Shown: positions 1 to 14,418, numbered from the stretch's first letter. The stretch: 64,000 nt of DNA from Glycera tridactyla (GCA_965644265.1 OZ286476.1:57722001-57786000); one strand, 5' to 3'. Notes: generated by a model not told the origin, from the letters alone. Translations and numbers: made by a program.

Positions 1-497
1 AATTATCTCCAAGTATGTGTTCTACAACCCACTCATCATCACCAACACGGCTCCAGCATGTATGTTATGCCAGGAATACGCTGATATGTGATGAACTGGA
101 GGCAGTGAAATACGATCCTCATACATGCCAACACGGTCCTTTCTGATAACAACTCAGGAATGAATGTTCCCTTGTGTAAGTGATTGCTCATCGTAGCGTT
201 TGTCTTGGAGCGTTTCGAGAAAAGTTCGTAGTATTTTAATGATCATTCCCATAGTTAATCTTATATCGAATAGAAAGTTCATCAATCTCTAGGGATCAAC
301 TGGTATCTCTTCGAGACACTCGACTACACTTGCAATGTTGATATTCAATAGGGTTACAGAATCCCCTTAATCCCTCTAATCCGCAAATTCAGCTGAGATT
401 ATGGATCCAAAATCAGCGTCGCAGGAATAGTCTTCCTAGATGTTTCCACCGGGTGGAGACATGCTTACACTGATGTTATGTCAGAGTGATCTACTGC

Positions 498-591
498 ATT
501 GATCAATTCACCACCTACATTAACAGCATCCATCCCAGCATAGGATTCACTATAGAGAAAGAGGAGAACAATTGCATCCCCATGATGGATG
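498..591 (+). mobile_element. Penelope-like element RT fragment
   Basis: IDQFTTYINSIHPSIGFTIEKEENNCIPMMD matches the PLE RT motif LNSxHPxIxFTxExExxxxxPFLD from recall. Only ~30 codons are recognisable. Confidence 0.7.
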
Positions 592-3500
592 AAGGGGCAT
601 TTGTTCTACATCGGCAGGCAGTGATGGTGATGGTAGAGTGCATAGCCCATGGAGTTGACTCTGTTTTTGTGGTGGTATACTCTCCAGGGAAATGAGAATG
701 AAACGAACATAAACAGGCCTGCCAAGGAATGTGATTGTAAAGTCGGGCGAACTTTTAAGGATACCCGACTGTGAACCACTACGCCAACATCACGTCGCCA
801 TCAGGTCATCATCACAGATGTTTTATCTCACGAGAAGATGTCCGGTGGAATATTGCTGATATGAACTATTTTGAGCAAAGTTTGTCATTGCAGCTGATTG
901 AATCCCGCAATGTTACTACTATCCTGACAGTATAAGTGTGTATACTGAAATATGTGAGCTGATGTAATATGATGGTGAAGTTTGATATTGAAACGTGATA
1001 AGTGTGAGACGAGGGGTACACCTCCTACAGAAATAACGTTTTCGATGCCATTTATCGCATTTTGAGTCAAAGGTGGCCCGACCACTCTCCTGCAAATATA
1101 TGCCTGGTATCATGGTCTGACCCATCAGAATCACCCTCTGATGTGTTCAGATAATCAGCTACAATTATCCTTCTATTCCCAGTTTGGTATTGTGAGTGGA
1201 AACATGGGTTATACCTGTCTCTTCATCATTTTCTTATCAGATGTCCTATCAGCAATTTCTTGACATAGATGTAATGAGCAAAGGGAATTGTAATGTGAAT
1301 CTGCGCCTCCCTGACCTGGTATCCCTGTGCCATAAATCTGGCAATGTGTCCTAAATCGACCGAGGGCTTGTTTCGTGGAAGAGTGTGTCCTCATATAATC
1401 CCAAACACTTTATTGTTTGCCCCGAAAGTGTGAAGTGTAAGAGAGACTATTCCTTCATTAGCTCACATGAGGGACAGGATGAAACGTAAGTACGCGGGTG
1501 TGTGCTCCATGCTCTCAGCATTACTGTCCAACTCATGTAGTGTCGTGCAATGAGTAGGAGTGAAATCATTATCCCGTTGGTGGCATATCATCCACTGACT
1601 ATTTAACAAGACTATAGAAGAATTAGGATCATTCACCCAATCAAATGTATGCGTCTACAGTGCTGAACAGGGAGACATGTGGGGTATATTGAATAAACAT
1701 GAATGCATCCGAAGCAATACCCAGAAGCAAACTTCCCTCTCTTAAGTCGATCCAAGATCACCTGAAACACAGCAATCTTGAAGAATGCGTTGAGAGAGAT
1801 GCATACTTCTTGACTGTCTGTCTGTCTGTCTGTCCGTTCGTCTTGTTTTCCGTCTGTATGTCTGTCTCTCTGCCCATCGGTCAACCTTTCTNNNNNNNNN
1901 NNNNNNNNNNNNNNNNNNNNNNNNNNNNNNNNNNNNNNNNNNNNNNNNNNNNNNNNNNNNNNNNNNNNNNNNNNNNNNNNNNNNNNNNNNNNNNNNNNNN
2001 NNNNNNNNNNNNNNNNNNNNNNNNNNNNNNNNNNNNNNNNNNNNNNNNNNNNNNNNNNNNNNNNNNNNNNNNNNNNNNNNNNNNNNNNNNNNNNNNNNNN
2101 NNNNNNNNNNNNNNNNNNNNNNNNNNNNNNNNNNNNNNNNNNCAGTCAGTCTGCCCGTCTGTTTGTCTTTGTGCGTGTGTATGTGTGTGTGTGCATGCAT
2201 GTGTGTGGGTGTGGGTGTGGGTGTGGGTGGGTGCAGGTCAGTCTGTCTGTCTGTCTATGCAGACATCCATCAAGCCATCCATCACTCAACCAGTCAATCA
2301 ATCAATGAATCACTCAAACAATCAATCAACCTATTCACCGATCCATCTATTCATCCCCTTGTCTATCCATCTGCCTGCCCCGCCCGGCCATATATTAATC
2401 CATCTATCCATATGTCCACATACCTGGTACAGCCACCAGGATGGAACCAGATACTTCATGAAGTATTCCTACTCGCTGAGGCAGACTACAGAAACAATTA
2501 GGGGCAGCCCATCACAGTGCGCTGGCGGAGATGTCAGCTAGCCTTGTGGTTGATTCACGGCAGGTCTCATCCAGCAGGAGTATGATGGAGTAGCCCTAGT
2601 GAAGGGGTTATTATTCATGCTCGCCCTCTCACCCTGGTGTCCACCATCCCACGTGAGGATGGATGAGGTCGCAGCTGGATGTTGACTCATCCATGCATTA
2701 ATGGTCTCAGTCCAACACAATTAGTCTTTGTGATTAGGATGAGTGATGATATCAACCATGGCTCTCTCATCCTTCATACAGCCAGCATAAGTGAGTTCCC
2801 CATAAACCGTCAACATGGAAACGTTGCCTATCGGTCGCACATATGTATTATTATATGTATGTACATCAATTGACAAATTGGAATAAAGAATAACAAGCGA
2901 ACAGGCTGAGTGCGACACAAAAGATATGTCAAATTTCGACACCCAACACACATGCAAGACAGTAGCATTTGAGTATATCAAGTGTAAGCAGACATGACAC
3001 TCGCCACAGATAAACGAGAAAGTGATGAGTTGGAAGGACGTATGGTGACCAACATAGATAGCAAAATCTGGAGAAAGTTATGTGAAACCTTCACATCCGT
3101 TACCTGATGTACTTGTATGCTCGTGCAATTTCTTGTGACGTGGCGTGTGTAAACATCATGACTCCAATCTGCCAAATCAAGAAATAATCCATCATTATTC
3201 ACTCTGTAGGGGATAAAATATTGCAAGACACGAAGTGGATGACTTTTGATCGAGTATCGTTTACCCTCTGGATCAATACTAATCAGGGGGGACTGATAGT
3301 TCTGAAGCCACTACGAGATCTCGTTCAGTGACTGTCGATTGATCACCCTCGCGTATCCACAAACTTGATGGAAATTAATTTCTCCCTCTGCATTCTGAGG
3401 GAGCCACAGCAGTGTTGATGGTGATGCTATCCTTCAGATACATGGCAATTTGCGTTCTCTGTGCAGAATTAGCATATCCGACGGCCAAATATTCCACACA

Positions 3501-4850
3501 AAATGACACATCTGTATAGAGGATAACGAAATTTAGTCCCGAAAAATTCCACTAGTGTGTTTCAGGGTTGACACAAGGTGGCACTTGCATTGAGCTGACT
3601 TCCACTTACAGTAGCTATCTCTGCCATAAGGATCTCATTGAGTTTTTATGCAATCAATATGAAATATTCAACTGGTTAAGCATCTTCATAATCAAATGTG
3701 GCTAATGAAGTCCTCGACCTATAATTGCTACTGAATCAGTCAATAAATCATCTGATTCACTGAAAAATCATTAACTCCCAAATTGTCAGTATTATACTTC
3801 AAAACAGAATAATCCAACTGTATGGAAGGCTATGTCTATCTCTATGTTATAGATTGTGATTGGATTTCTGGCGAATGAGAGGGAATTATCGTTTCCACTA
3901 GAAGCCACCAGGTGTCACTCTCACTAGTAGGCACCTCACTGTATGGCTGTTGACGTCTATGACATCATTTTAACGACCTCATCAATGTGAAGCCATTGGC
4001 CGTATCTTCAGCATTATGAGCAGTGACCCCCTCAAGTAATGGCAGGTAATCACCGGTACAGATAACATGCAGATACTGCAGCGCAGCTATGCCATGGGTT
4101 GCTGATACGCGTGGCGGTTGATTACCCCCATACACATCCATCCATCAATGAAAAGGTAGATAGGGAAGCCATGCATCAAACCATAACATCATCCATCAAG
4201 TGTGCAAGGTGCTGTGTGACGCAATGGATATATTCCCTGACAAGATCTATTCAACATCACCCATACATAGAGTCGGACTTCCTAGCATGCTGCAAGGTAT
4301 ACACTGTCACATTATAGATAATGAATTACCAGAAGTAGTCATACAGCCTGGATATCGATGCAGCTGCCAGTGTACATAGCTCAATGATATCTGGCAGGGA
4401 GTTAGGTGCAGTACATCTGGTTCTCAAGTCAGCATGATTGCTACTTTCATCTTTTTTGTTCCCTCGATTATGCGAGAGAAAGTCCTCATAGGGACTAATT
4501 TTATAATTGTATATATGTTTGTACAAGGATAAATAAAGTTCTATCCTATCCTATCTTATTCTATTCTGTTCTCACAACTGTGAGCTGAACTCCATCTCGG
4601 ATGGTGACCAAAATAAACTTGTTCACCATTGACGACCAGACCTATAGCATCAGGTTGATCAATTTGATGGGCACTTCTCACTAATTAGGCCCCTCTGTGT
4701 AGAAGTAACTGATTGGGACCTCGGTACCCCTTCATTCCACTTCACTAATGTGACATTGGATACTCAACTATAGACAGTAATCGAGATGGTAGAGTGCTCG
4801 CCCCATGCATTTATTCTGTGTTGTGGTAGTATATTCCTAAGGGAGATGGA

Positions 4851-5026
4851 GCCTGCCTTGGTGGCTCAGTGGTAGCATGCTGGGCCGGCGTGCGATGGGT
4901 CTGGGGCTCAATCCCCGGTTCTTACCATGCAGGAAAGTTTCACCCTTCATCTTCACTCCTCCTTGGCAGGTGGTCTGATTTAGCCTACTCAAGTGCAGAC
5001 CTAAAACATCAACATTTCCATTTCCT
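4851..5026 (+). mobile_element. tRNA-derived SINE
   Basis: Starts GCCTGCCTTGGTGGCTCAGTGG (A-box), has GGCTCAATCC (B-box-like) and the shared body CTTGGCAGGTGGTCTGATTTAGCCTACTCAAGTGCAGA. Decayed TSD-like GAGATG flanks. Confidence 0.87.
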
Positions 5027-7515
5027 CAGAGAGATGAGAATGGCTCAAGCTTGAACAAGCCAGCCAAGGAATGTGATTGTCCTGCCAAGGATACCATACT
5101 ATAAACAATCACATTTACATTTGTATATATAATGATGAAGCCATTGGATCTTTTGGATCTTATTTGCAAGTATGTTTTTTTCATTGAAAGAAGATGTTTG
5201 GTGAAATTTCATCTATAGCCAACCTGAAAGTGCTCAACTATAACTAATGCTACCATCTATGTGTCTCATTTACCCGCTTGTTCAATATACGAAGCAACCC
5301 AATCTGTCTTGTCTATTATTTTTCAATATCTTCCTCCTGGGATATCATTGTTCATGACTGTATGTGTATGTTTCTCCCACTTTGGAGGGGAGATGTATCT
5401 AAGATACACTTCGAATAAACTATTTATGAAGCCTTATTGAAAATGGACATGATTGTGGGAGTGAGCTGTGATACTCAAATACAACACACCACTCCATTCC
5501 ATCATTTCTGCTTGAATCCAATTTTGATGACGTTCATTTTATCTGAGTGTGTTTTCCTGATGAATAGAAGAGGAAGTACTCATCAACTCTGTGTATCTCA
5601 CTATGATGCTGATGAAGTATGCACGCTTCATCATTAGCTCCTCTCTGCAGGCTGGCTGATCAGGATGGTGGAGTGAGTTGGCTGCGACAGGTCCATCCTT
5701 CATTTTACCGCCTAGGTGGGAAATGATCCTGTCAGTGGACATCATAGCAAGGGAGGGGGGTGGGGGGGGGGGGGTGTTGAGCAGCCGCAGCCACCAGTCT
5801 GCCCATAACACTGATAAATTGCCCACTCTAAATGACCAGGTTATGAGCAAGACATGACACGCATGAAGTATGTCTCCATCTCTTCAATAACTACTATTGA
5901 AAAGTACATCCTGCCTCAAGAAACTGGAAGTAGAGACGCCATCATTCCAGGCCACGAACAAATTGAAAGAAGATTTGACAACAGAAAAAAGATATACTTA
6001 CCGAAACCCACAAAACGTATAAGGGAAGTAGAATTGCTGGATAACCAGATGTCCACGCCAACTGTCGTAATACCTGGTTGACGGGATGTGCTGCTCGGTG
6101 ACGTGTATTGAGCATGCAGACCTGATCTAAATAAAGAACTGAGGGAGAATCATCTCTGATAGTTCGTAATTTGGTGATGTCTACAACTCCATTTTCAACA
6201 ATAAACGCCACTCTCAGCTGTTTCTTGTATCCTTCCATGGCCTGCAGCATGGATTCATCTAAACTCAAGAAGTCACGGTTACAGGAGATTTTGTTCACAA
6301 TTTGACGAGCGTGCGCTGCAACATATGCATGGATTTATTTTCATAGATTGATCCCTGTTGCCTTGAAATCAACATTTGGATAAGATGATTTTCGTCGAAT
6401 GTGTCCAAAAAGTCTCTTTTGTGGAATATGATCTAGCAAAGTGAGACATGGGGAAGATTGTTATCGATCCGTCACGCCATTTATACATATGTGAATGTGC
6501 GACAGGCGATCTAACAAACTAGTTGAGGCTGGCGGTTGTTATGATGGGCGCTAGCCTAGGCCTGCTGATGTATATCATCAGGGGGTGGATGATCAGGCAC
6601 CTCCAGCAGGCGGGCGTGATCACATGACAGCATGACACGGCCATTGTGACATATTATTTCCACATATTTGATCTGCTACCATCTGATAACTCCACGTGAT
6701 CTCTGTATACGCCAAGTGACGCACTTACCAGCTGTCTGATAATGCCGGGATGGAAAGAGCCTAGAGCTGTAATAGGGTAAGTTCATCCACCATCTCAGGT
6801 CACCAGAGCAGCAATATCGAGCCTGACGCTACCGAAGCCAACATNNNNNNNNNNNNNNNNNNNNNNNNNNNNNNNNNNNNNNNNNNNNNNNNNNNNNNNN
6901 NNNNNNNNNNNNNNNNNNNNNNNNNNNNNNNNNNNNNNNNNNNNNNNNNNNNNNNNNNNNNNNNNNNNNNNNNNNNNNNNNNNNNNNNNNNNNNNNNNNN
7001 NNNNNNNNNNNNNNNNNNNNNNNNNNNNNNNNNNNNNNNNNNNNNNNNNNNNNNNNNNNNNNNNNNNNNNNNNNNNNTGTGTGTTTGTGTATGTGTGTTT
7101 GTGTATGTGTGTGTATGTGTGTGTATATGTGTTCGGGGGATCTGAATCAGAATATAAAATGGCTCCATAAAAGCCCCATAGATTCATGAATATTCACAGG
7201 GAATACAATACATGCTGATAAATATTCCATGTTAACTACTATATATTATGACATCTCAACTAATAATACTATATAACTGGTCCATAAACTCAATTATGTT
7301 TCCTGGCATAAACATTTCGGCAATGCTTTATTATAAGAAAGTTTCGGAACCATTTTTCACAATCACTGAAACTAAAGAGCCATTCTAGCTGCAGGTCGTA
7401 TTAATCCTTGGCACTGAAATACATAACGGTATCATCCAGAGTTACTTCTGTCTTGCAGGTGGCAACAGCTGGAGGAAGGCCATTCATTCATTTATACGCG
7501 GGGGGATATGAAGAG

Positions 7516-7605
7516 ATCGATGCGATGGCTCAGCGTAATACTAGGCTAACTCACTGTGAACAAAGTACTGAGTTAGCCTAGCATTGCGCTGAGCCATCGA
7601 TCGAT
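7516..7605. other. ~90-nt near-perfect hairpin / inverted repeat
   Basis: 31-bp arms at 7523-7553 and 7569-7599 with 2 mismatches and a 15-nt loop, plus outer ATCGAT pairing. Confidence 0.8.
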
Positions 7606-7680
7606 TCTAACCCAAACTGCAGGATGGCAACTGAAACAGTGTGTCGGGCCATATTGATGAGTGCAGAGATGGCGGGAATC

Positions 7681-7815
7681 ACCGTCGAACCTGCTCGAGA
7701 GTCCACCTTTCTATGAAGGCCACCTGATTATAAAGGCCACCCTGAACTGCGACCGTTATAGTATTTTCAACAGTGAATGACCTCTCTATGACGGCCACCA
7801 GCTTATGATGTCCAC
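7681..7815. mobile_element. Partial MITE-like element (same family)
   Basis: CCGTCGAACCTG start, GGCCACC repeats, and CAGTGAATGACCTCTCTAT shared with the 15783 copy. Confidence 0.5.
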
Positions 7816-9479
7816 TTCATGATGCGACGCAAGGTGGTATCTTAAGATAGATTCGACTGTATTTGTAACATCTGAAGGTGGATACTCGAAATAGCTCATC
7901 TGCTTGACTGAGTAAGTTCGACGGACTCCGACAGATGTCCCTTTCACGAGGTAGTGCTGAATGGATTGATGCCGAGAGGAGAATAATATAGATGTTCTGC
8001 CAGCATTATATACCAGACAATCGGTGAAGTTTGTTGTTTGCACATTGATGGCGTATATCAACTCACACATAATGATGCGATGACACCTTCACCCCCATAT
8101 TGGACCAAGACTCATCCTCATTATCGAAATGTTGGTAATGATATGAAGCAATCATCTCCACTTCCTCATTTCAGATTCATTCACTAGATACGTATCATCT
8201 TGTCTTCATAGCACCGAAATAGTCCACCAGTCTGAGTAGTGGGGGCTTACTCTGGAGAAACTCAATCAAACCGATGGTCATGAATACTCGGAGAGCGGCA
8301 ATCAGGGCTGAGAGATGTGACAACTGATATGTGAAGTATACAAGTCGTGCTTCAATAATATGCCATCAGCTAGTTCACTTGAATACTTTCTACATGCACC
8401 TGGGTCGTGAATGTAAATAAGGCTGATGTGTGACATAAAGAATTATTGTATCAACGCACGTCTATTTGTTTCAGAAGCGTATATTGAATTCAGATGCTGA
8501 CAGAAATGGTTGCATCTATATCGATGCACCTTTTGTATGTTGAAGGAGTTGTCAGGGGTGGTAAGTTTCCCAGTTGGTACCAACATACACACATTGGATG
8601 CAACTGTCTGTAATCACCTCACTCTGAATTATATACAAGATACTGATGTCAGGAAGAAATGCATGTGGATGTGAGAGGACATGATTTCTCTTTGACCATC
8701 GGGGATATATCTAGGACGAATTACCTCACTGACTGTCATTTTCTGATTAGAGGTTGGAAGTTTGCTTCATCTATCTAAATTCAATATATGTATACCGATG
8801 GGCACCTAAAAGATCCGCGCTGCCATCCGCCGCCTCCAGATCGGAGAACAGCTGCAAACTTAACTCTGTTCCGGAGCACTTCACCCAAACTACGTGCTAC
8901 ATCGGAACAAGATTCTATAAATGCGGCCACCCATGATTAGGAAATGCCACTATACCTACACAGGAGGTGTGTCGAATATTGGCTTCAAAGTTCTTAGTAT
9001 TCCGACCAAGTATGATCAGAATATATGACCTCATTCTCAATGATATATCCCCGGGACCCTCAGCCGCACTGATAGTTGTATGCATGTCCGATTTATGGTG
9101 GATGAGAATGGTCGCATCTGTCTGTCTGTGACTAGGATCAGGCGTCGCCCAGCATCGAATGGTATGCAGGAGATACAAATCCTCAGATCGACTTCAATCA
9201 CAGAGAAGAGTCAGGCTACAAAGGCACAAAAGTGATATCCTGGGTTCGCGTTACTCGAGACACATCTCAAACCTTCTCTCCACCCATAGCGTAAACAATT
9301 CATTCCTATCATACACGAACGTAACTCTGCAGTTCGTTCACTGTGTCGCAGCCAGTAACATCAATCATAGAATGTAAGTAATATTTCACGCCCTTGTCAA
9401 TTTGTCGTGACGTTGTGCTACTCACCGACAACGTTATTGACATTTTTTATAAGGCTGTCACACACCCAGACCCCACAAA

Positions 9480-10005
9480 TAAATGAATAAGCGAACGGAT
9501 GAATGATTGAACGAACGAATGAATGAATGGATATCTGAATGAATGGATAACTGAATGAATGAATGAATGAATGAATGAATGAATGAATGAATAAATGAAT
9601 GGACAAATGAATAAGAAACCGATAGATAAATGAATGTATAATAAAAATAAGTGAATATTGAATGAANNNNNNNNNNNNNNNNNNNNNNNNNNNNNNNNNN
9701 NNNNNNNNNNNNNNNNNNNNNNNNNNNNNNNNNNNNNNNNNNNNNNNNNNNNNNNNNNNNNNNNNNNNNNNNNNNNNNNNNNNNNNNNNNNNNNNNNNNN
9801 NNNNNNNNNNNNNNNNNNNNNNNNNNNNNNNNNNNNNNNNAGATAAATGAATAGATCAATGAATGAATGAATAAATGATAAATGAATAATAAATGTATAT
9901 GTAAATAAATAGATGAATAAATGAATGAATGAATTGATAAATAAATAAATGGATAAATAAGTAAATAAATGCAATAGTTGGTCAATAAATGAATGAATGG
10001 ATGAA
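9480..10005. repeat. (ATGA/ATAA)n microsatellite tract with internal N-gap
   Basis: Directly visible. Confidence 0.9.
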
Positions 10006-10286
10006 GGTACCTCATGGGTGAGATGCACAGATGAGATTTTGAAACTAGACATGCTTTAGACAAGGATCTCCCTCCACACAATCAATCAAGCTCCAGATCA
10101 TACAGCTGACAAACTGGGCCTCGCATACTCGATGAAAAATGTCATGATTTGATGTATTACTTCACTATCTACCTTTACATTGGTGGATGTGTTGATATGG
10201 ATAGTCTACCGCCAGATGTATCACTTGTCCTCATAGTAGCTGATCACCACCCTGCATCCTGCCATTCCTTGAGTTGCAGTTTTCCA

Positions 10287-10549
10287 TACACACAGCCTGT
10301 ACACACAGCCTGTACACACAGCCTGTACACACAGCCTGTACACACAGCCTGTACACACAGCCTGTACACACAGCCTGTACATACAGCCTGTACACACAGC
10401 CTGTACACACAGCCTGTACCCACAGCCTGTACACACAGCCTGTACACACAGCCTGTACACACAGCCTGTACACACGGCCTGTACACACAGCCTGTACATA
10501 CAGCCTGTACACACAGCCTGTACACACAGCCTGTACACACAGCCTGTAC
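10287..10549. repeat. 13-bp minisatellite (~20 units)
   Basis: ACACAGCCTGTAC repeated; explains the four overlapping ORF-track entries here. Confidence 0.95.
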
Positions 10550-10589
10550 CCTTACTTCATCACATCCTGGCAGCGCCCAGCTACTGTAT

Positions 10590-11262
10590 GAGCTTGTCAA
10601 AAGTTGCGTGCGCCTGGTCTCAGTCAGGAGATGTCACTCATGCTGTATCGTACCTTGTTGCTTCCATTATTCGACTATGGAGACGTAGTTTTCAACTGCC
10701 TGTCGCAGAGGGGGACATCTGTTACCCATCTTGGACAGACGTGCTGAACATGAATTGGTTCATGTATATGTATAACATACTAGCAGGTCACTTTACATGT
10801 AATCCTTTATGTGAGCTAGTTAGTATTCCGCATTCACATGCCACAAGGTCCAAGGAAAGACCAATGCTGCAACTAGATCGCGTCAAATACTCTTTATGTG
10901 CAAAGAACTGTAGGTACCGTGCATCCAAGAGGTGGAATTGTTTTGTACAAGAACATCCAGGCATAGTAATTATGGATCCGACAACTTTTAAAATGAACAT
11001 CAAGGAGTACTGGCAGTTATAATATCATACTGTATCTATATTGTATTGAGGAGGTGGCCATATCACCTTCATCACCTATCGTATTATCATACCATTCAGC
11101 ATCTCATCTCATTCAATCTTAATATATATCCATCTATCGCGGTATTTGATTATATGAACACCTTATATATCATCATCCTGAAGATGAGCATTGTTTGTAT
11201 GTTCAACTGCTTTATGACGATTTCAGATAAAGAAAATCAATTCAATTCAATTCATTTCAATC
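10590..11262 (+). mobile_element. Degraded 3' fragment of a CR1/L2-type LINE related to the 61-64 kb element
   Basis: Frame LSQEMSLMLYRTLLLPLFDYGDVV matches LSQNTSLMLYKALILPIFDYCDIV of the 61 kb LINE. After a deletion/frameshift come HATRS and YRASKRWN. It ends in an (AATTC)n tail at ~11237-11262. Confidence 0.8.
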
Positions 11263-12359
11263 ATCCCGACACCATTCCTTATCGAGAAAAATACATGATG
11301 ACTTATCCTCTCCCGTGTGGTCATTTGAGACAGAGAGAGGCGGTTAAATATTCTGAAACGATGTGGTTATCGAACAGCCTGCTATCCAGTGCTCAACCAA
11401 AAGTAAATTGACAATATGATAGAAATCTGATGTCAACTCTTCACCCTACAAGAGAAGAGAGAGATTGTGGTATCAATGTTTCTGAAGCTGTTTGCTGCAT
11501 ATCGTGGAGGATATTTACGGAGCTTGATTCATATCCTTTGAGACAAAGGGGTTAATCAGGATCATATATTATTCGAGCTTTCATCAACGACGCAGTTCAC
11601 AATGACAATATCTTTCTTTGCGATATTCAGCAACGGTTCAGTTACAAATTAAAGTGATAATACAAGTATCCAGACACCATGGTCTGCTTATTCTGCTGAA
11701 ACCAAAAAATAAGAAGGACCAAATATGTTCCCACAAGGACCCATTTCCACATCGTCCTCGTCTCAGCTCTCTGTACTTGTCCTTGATGGCGATCGGTTTC
11801 CTGGCCTAGTTCCCGCCGATGACACGAGATGGCGCCGCCAGGACCGAACTCCATCTGGCAGCGTCGGCGGGAACCGATTTATTTCACCTCGCCCCGCCCA
11901 ATCATGACTGCCTACGCATAACTGCCCAAGCATGACTGCTCACTCATTGGATATGGTTTAACGCCATGTCAGCGCCATTTGGGGTATATTGGGACGCCCA
12001 TGCAATAGGCTTTTGTGGGATCATTCAAGACGCCACATCGCGGATCCCAAGCGAACGGTGGAAAAGTATGAAATTCACGTACACTCAAGGTGTTATTTCT
12101 GTCATTTTTGAAGCCTGAAGGAGAAAATCATGCCTTGCTTCAGTGAGTAACACATTCTCTGGCGCTGAGAATGGCGAGCAGGATATAAATCACTTGGAGT
12201 GGCTACAGATTCAACAAAACCCATATTCATTACTACAAGGCTGTCCCCATGCCCGAGACATGCTGATAGCAATGAGAGATTATCAGAAATCAAGCAAGCA
12301 GTTCATGACCTTCTCCTCGTTAGCAGAGAGGTGAGAAAGAGAGAGATAGAGAACCAGAG

Positions 12360-12435
12360 AGAGAACCAGAGAGTGAGAGAGGGGGCAGAGAGAGGCAGAC
12401 AGACAGGCGGACAGACAGACAGACAGACACAGACA

Positions 12436-12503
<68 letters not shown>

Positions 12504-12525
12504 GACAGAGAGACAGACAGAGAGG
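12360..12525. repeat. Compound (GA)/(CAGA)/(CA)n microsatellite
   Basis: Directly visible. Confidence 0.93.
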
Positions 12526-13552
12526 GCTGTCAACCACATTGAAGTCAATTTGCTCAACAAGTCAGCAGAAAGTATCATCTTGAGCAAACCATTCAATCCG
12601 ACTAAGTTGAGTCAGGTTCCGGATAGTGGTCAACTGAACTGTCGAAAAGGGGCCTCACAACAATAGGGGGTTTGAGAACCAGTGATTCCAACGTGCAACC
12701 AACCGCGACACCGGGACATGCATTCCTTGCTCCAGGAGACCGAACTACATCATGATACAAAAGAATATATCGCTAATGGAACATGGAAGAGTTCTGTTCG
12801 CAGGTCGCATCTGTAGTTAGTGTCATCCATGTTCTGCTCTAGTGTTAATTGTACATTGATCGCAGGACGAGAATGAACATTTGTCTGTCCTGCATTAGTT
12901 CTGGGTCAATGTTGCTATGATGAAGGCAGTGTGACTTGGAGGTGGCAGCAGACGCGTCATTTATAAACATAACTCTGGGAGCTGGTGTTATATGCTGCTC
13001 ACGTCTGAAGCTGTCGATATACTCCTGCATGACTCCACTCATTACTGACTCCCATCCCACCAATATGCGCATCTCACTCCGTGTAATAACTCCACACACT
13101 CACCCATTAAATGCTTGAATAATTTGCAAGCGTTATTAGTGCTGCAATCATCTCAGACAACTGCAGCTCTTGAATAGCGCGAGCATCATTCATACCAACC
13201 AGTTCTCATGTCCAATCAGAGATACAACACCTATGCATAACAATATGGACAGTGCGGTGACTATCTTTATTTCTGAGAAGGCCGCTCATATTTGGCGGGT
13301 ATACATATTTTTCAATTGACATCCGTTGATTCATCCTTAATTGGAATAGATTGACCTAATTCGGGCAGAAGGAGTGACCTCTGACCTAAAGCTCAATTTG
13401 TTGATGTGGTCCCTGTTGCCAAGGATGACAACAATGAGGCGTCATCACCGAGCAATCAGCGTTGCGCTTCCCTGTCCTATATGAGTGGAAACATTGAATC
13501 TGAGATTCATATCCTTCAGTCGCAGAAAGAAGACCTTTGTCTGGGCATACAT

Positions 13553-13555
13553 TAC

Positions 13556-13629
<74 letters not shown>

Positions 13630-13645
13630 ACAAACACACTCACAC
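13553..13645. repeat. (CA)n microsatellite
   Basis: Directly visible. Confidence 0.93.
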
Positions 13646-14061
13646 ATCTTTTTAGTGATAGAAATCATGTCAGAGACATATTTNNNNNNNNNNNNNNNNN
13701 NNNNNNNNNNNNNNNNNNNNNNNNNNNNNNNNNNNNNNNNNNNNNNNNNNNNNNNNNNNNNNNNNNNNNNNNNNNNNNNNNNNNNNNNNNNNNNNNNNNN
13801 NNNNNNNNNNNNNNNNNNNNNNNNNNNNNNNNNNNNNNNNNNNNNNNNNNNNNNNNNNNNNNNNNNNNNNNNNNNNNNNNNNNNNNNNNATCAGACACAG
13901 TGAGGAAGTCAAGTCCATGGACATCTTCAAGAACTCAGTATTTCCACACTTCTGGGCGACTAGTATAGTATATTTATATATATTTGTAACGTTAGTGGAC
14001 GTTACCTGACATAGGAAGCAATACTGATCAGGTTACTCGTATAATGAGTAAGTTTGTATAA

Positions 14062-14218
14062 CAACCTGTCTATAAAGACCACCTTCGGTCGCATCAAACA
14101 GTGGTCTTTATTGGTAGGTTGTCTTTATAGAGAGGTCATTTACTGTTGAAAATACTACCACGATCGCAGCTCAGGTGGTCTTTATAGAGAGGTGGTCTTG
14201 ATAGCAGGTTCGACTGTA
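14062..14218. mobile_element. MITE-like element (same family)
   Basis: AACCTGTCTATAAAGACCAC ... GTGGTCTTGATAGCAGGTTCGACTGTA inverted ends. Confidence 0.65.
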
Positions 14219-14310
14219 TAGTATTCCCCTACGCTATTTTTCCGATTGCATTATTCTTGATATAAACCTTGCTGTTCACCTTTCATTGTTCATGGCTATT
14301 CGATTCACCT

Positions 14311-14418
14311 GCCACCACTGTGCAAACTCAATGCCACCACTGTGCAAACTCAATGCCACCACTGTGCAAACTCAATGCCACCACTGTGCAAACTCAATGC
14401 CACCACTGTGTAAATCAA
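14311..14418. repeat. 22-bp tandem repeat (~5 units)
   Basis: GCCACCACTGTGCAAACTCAAT repeated. Confidence 0.93.
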
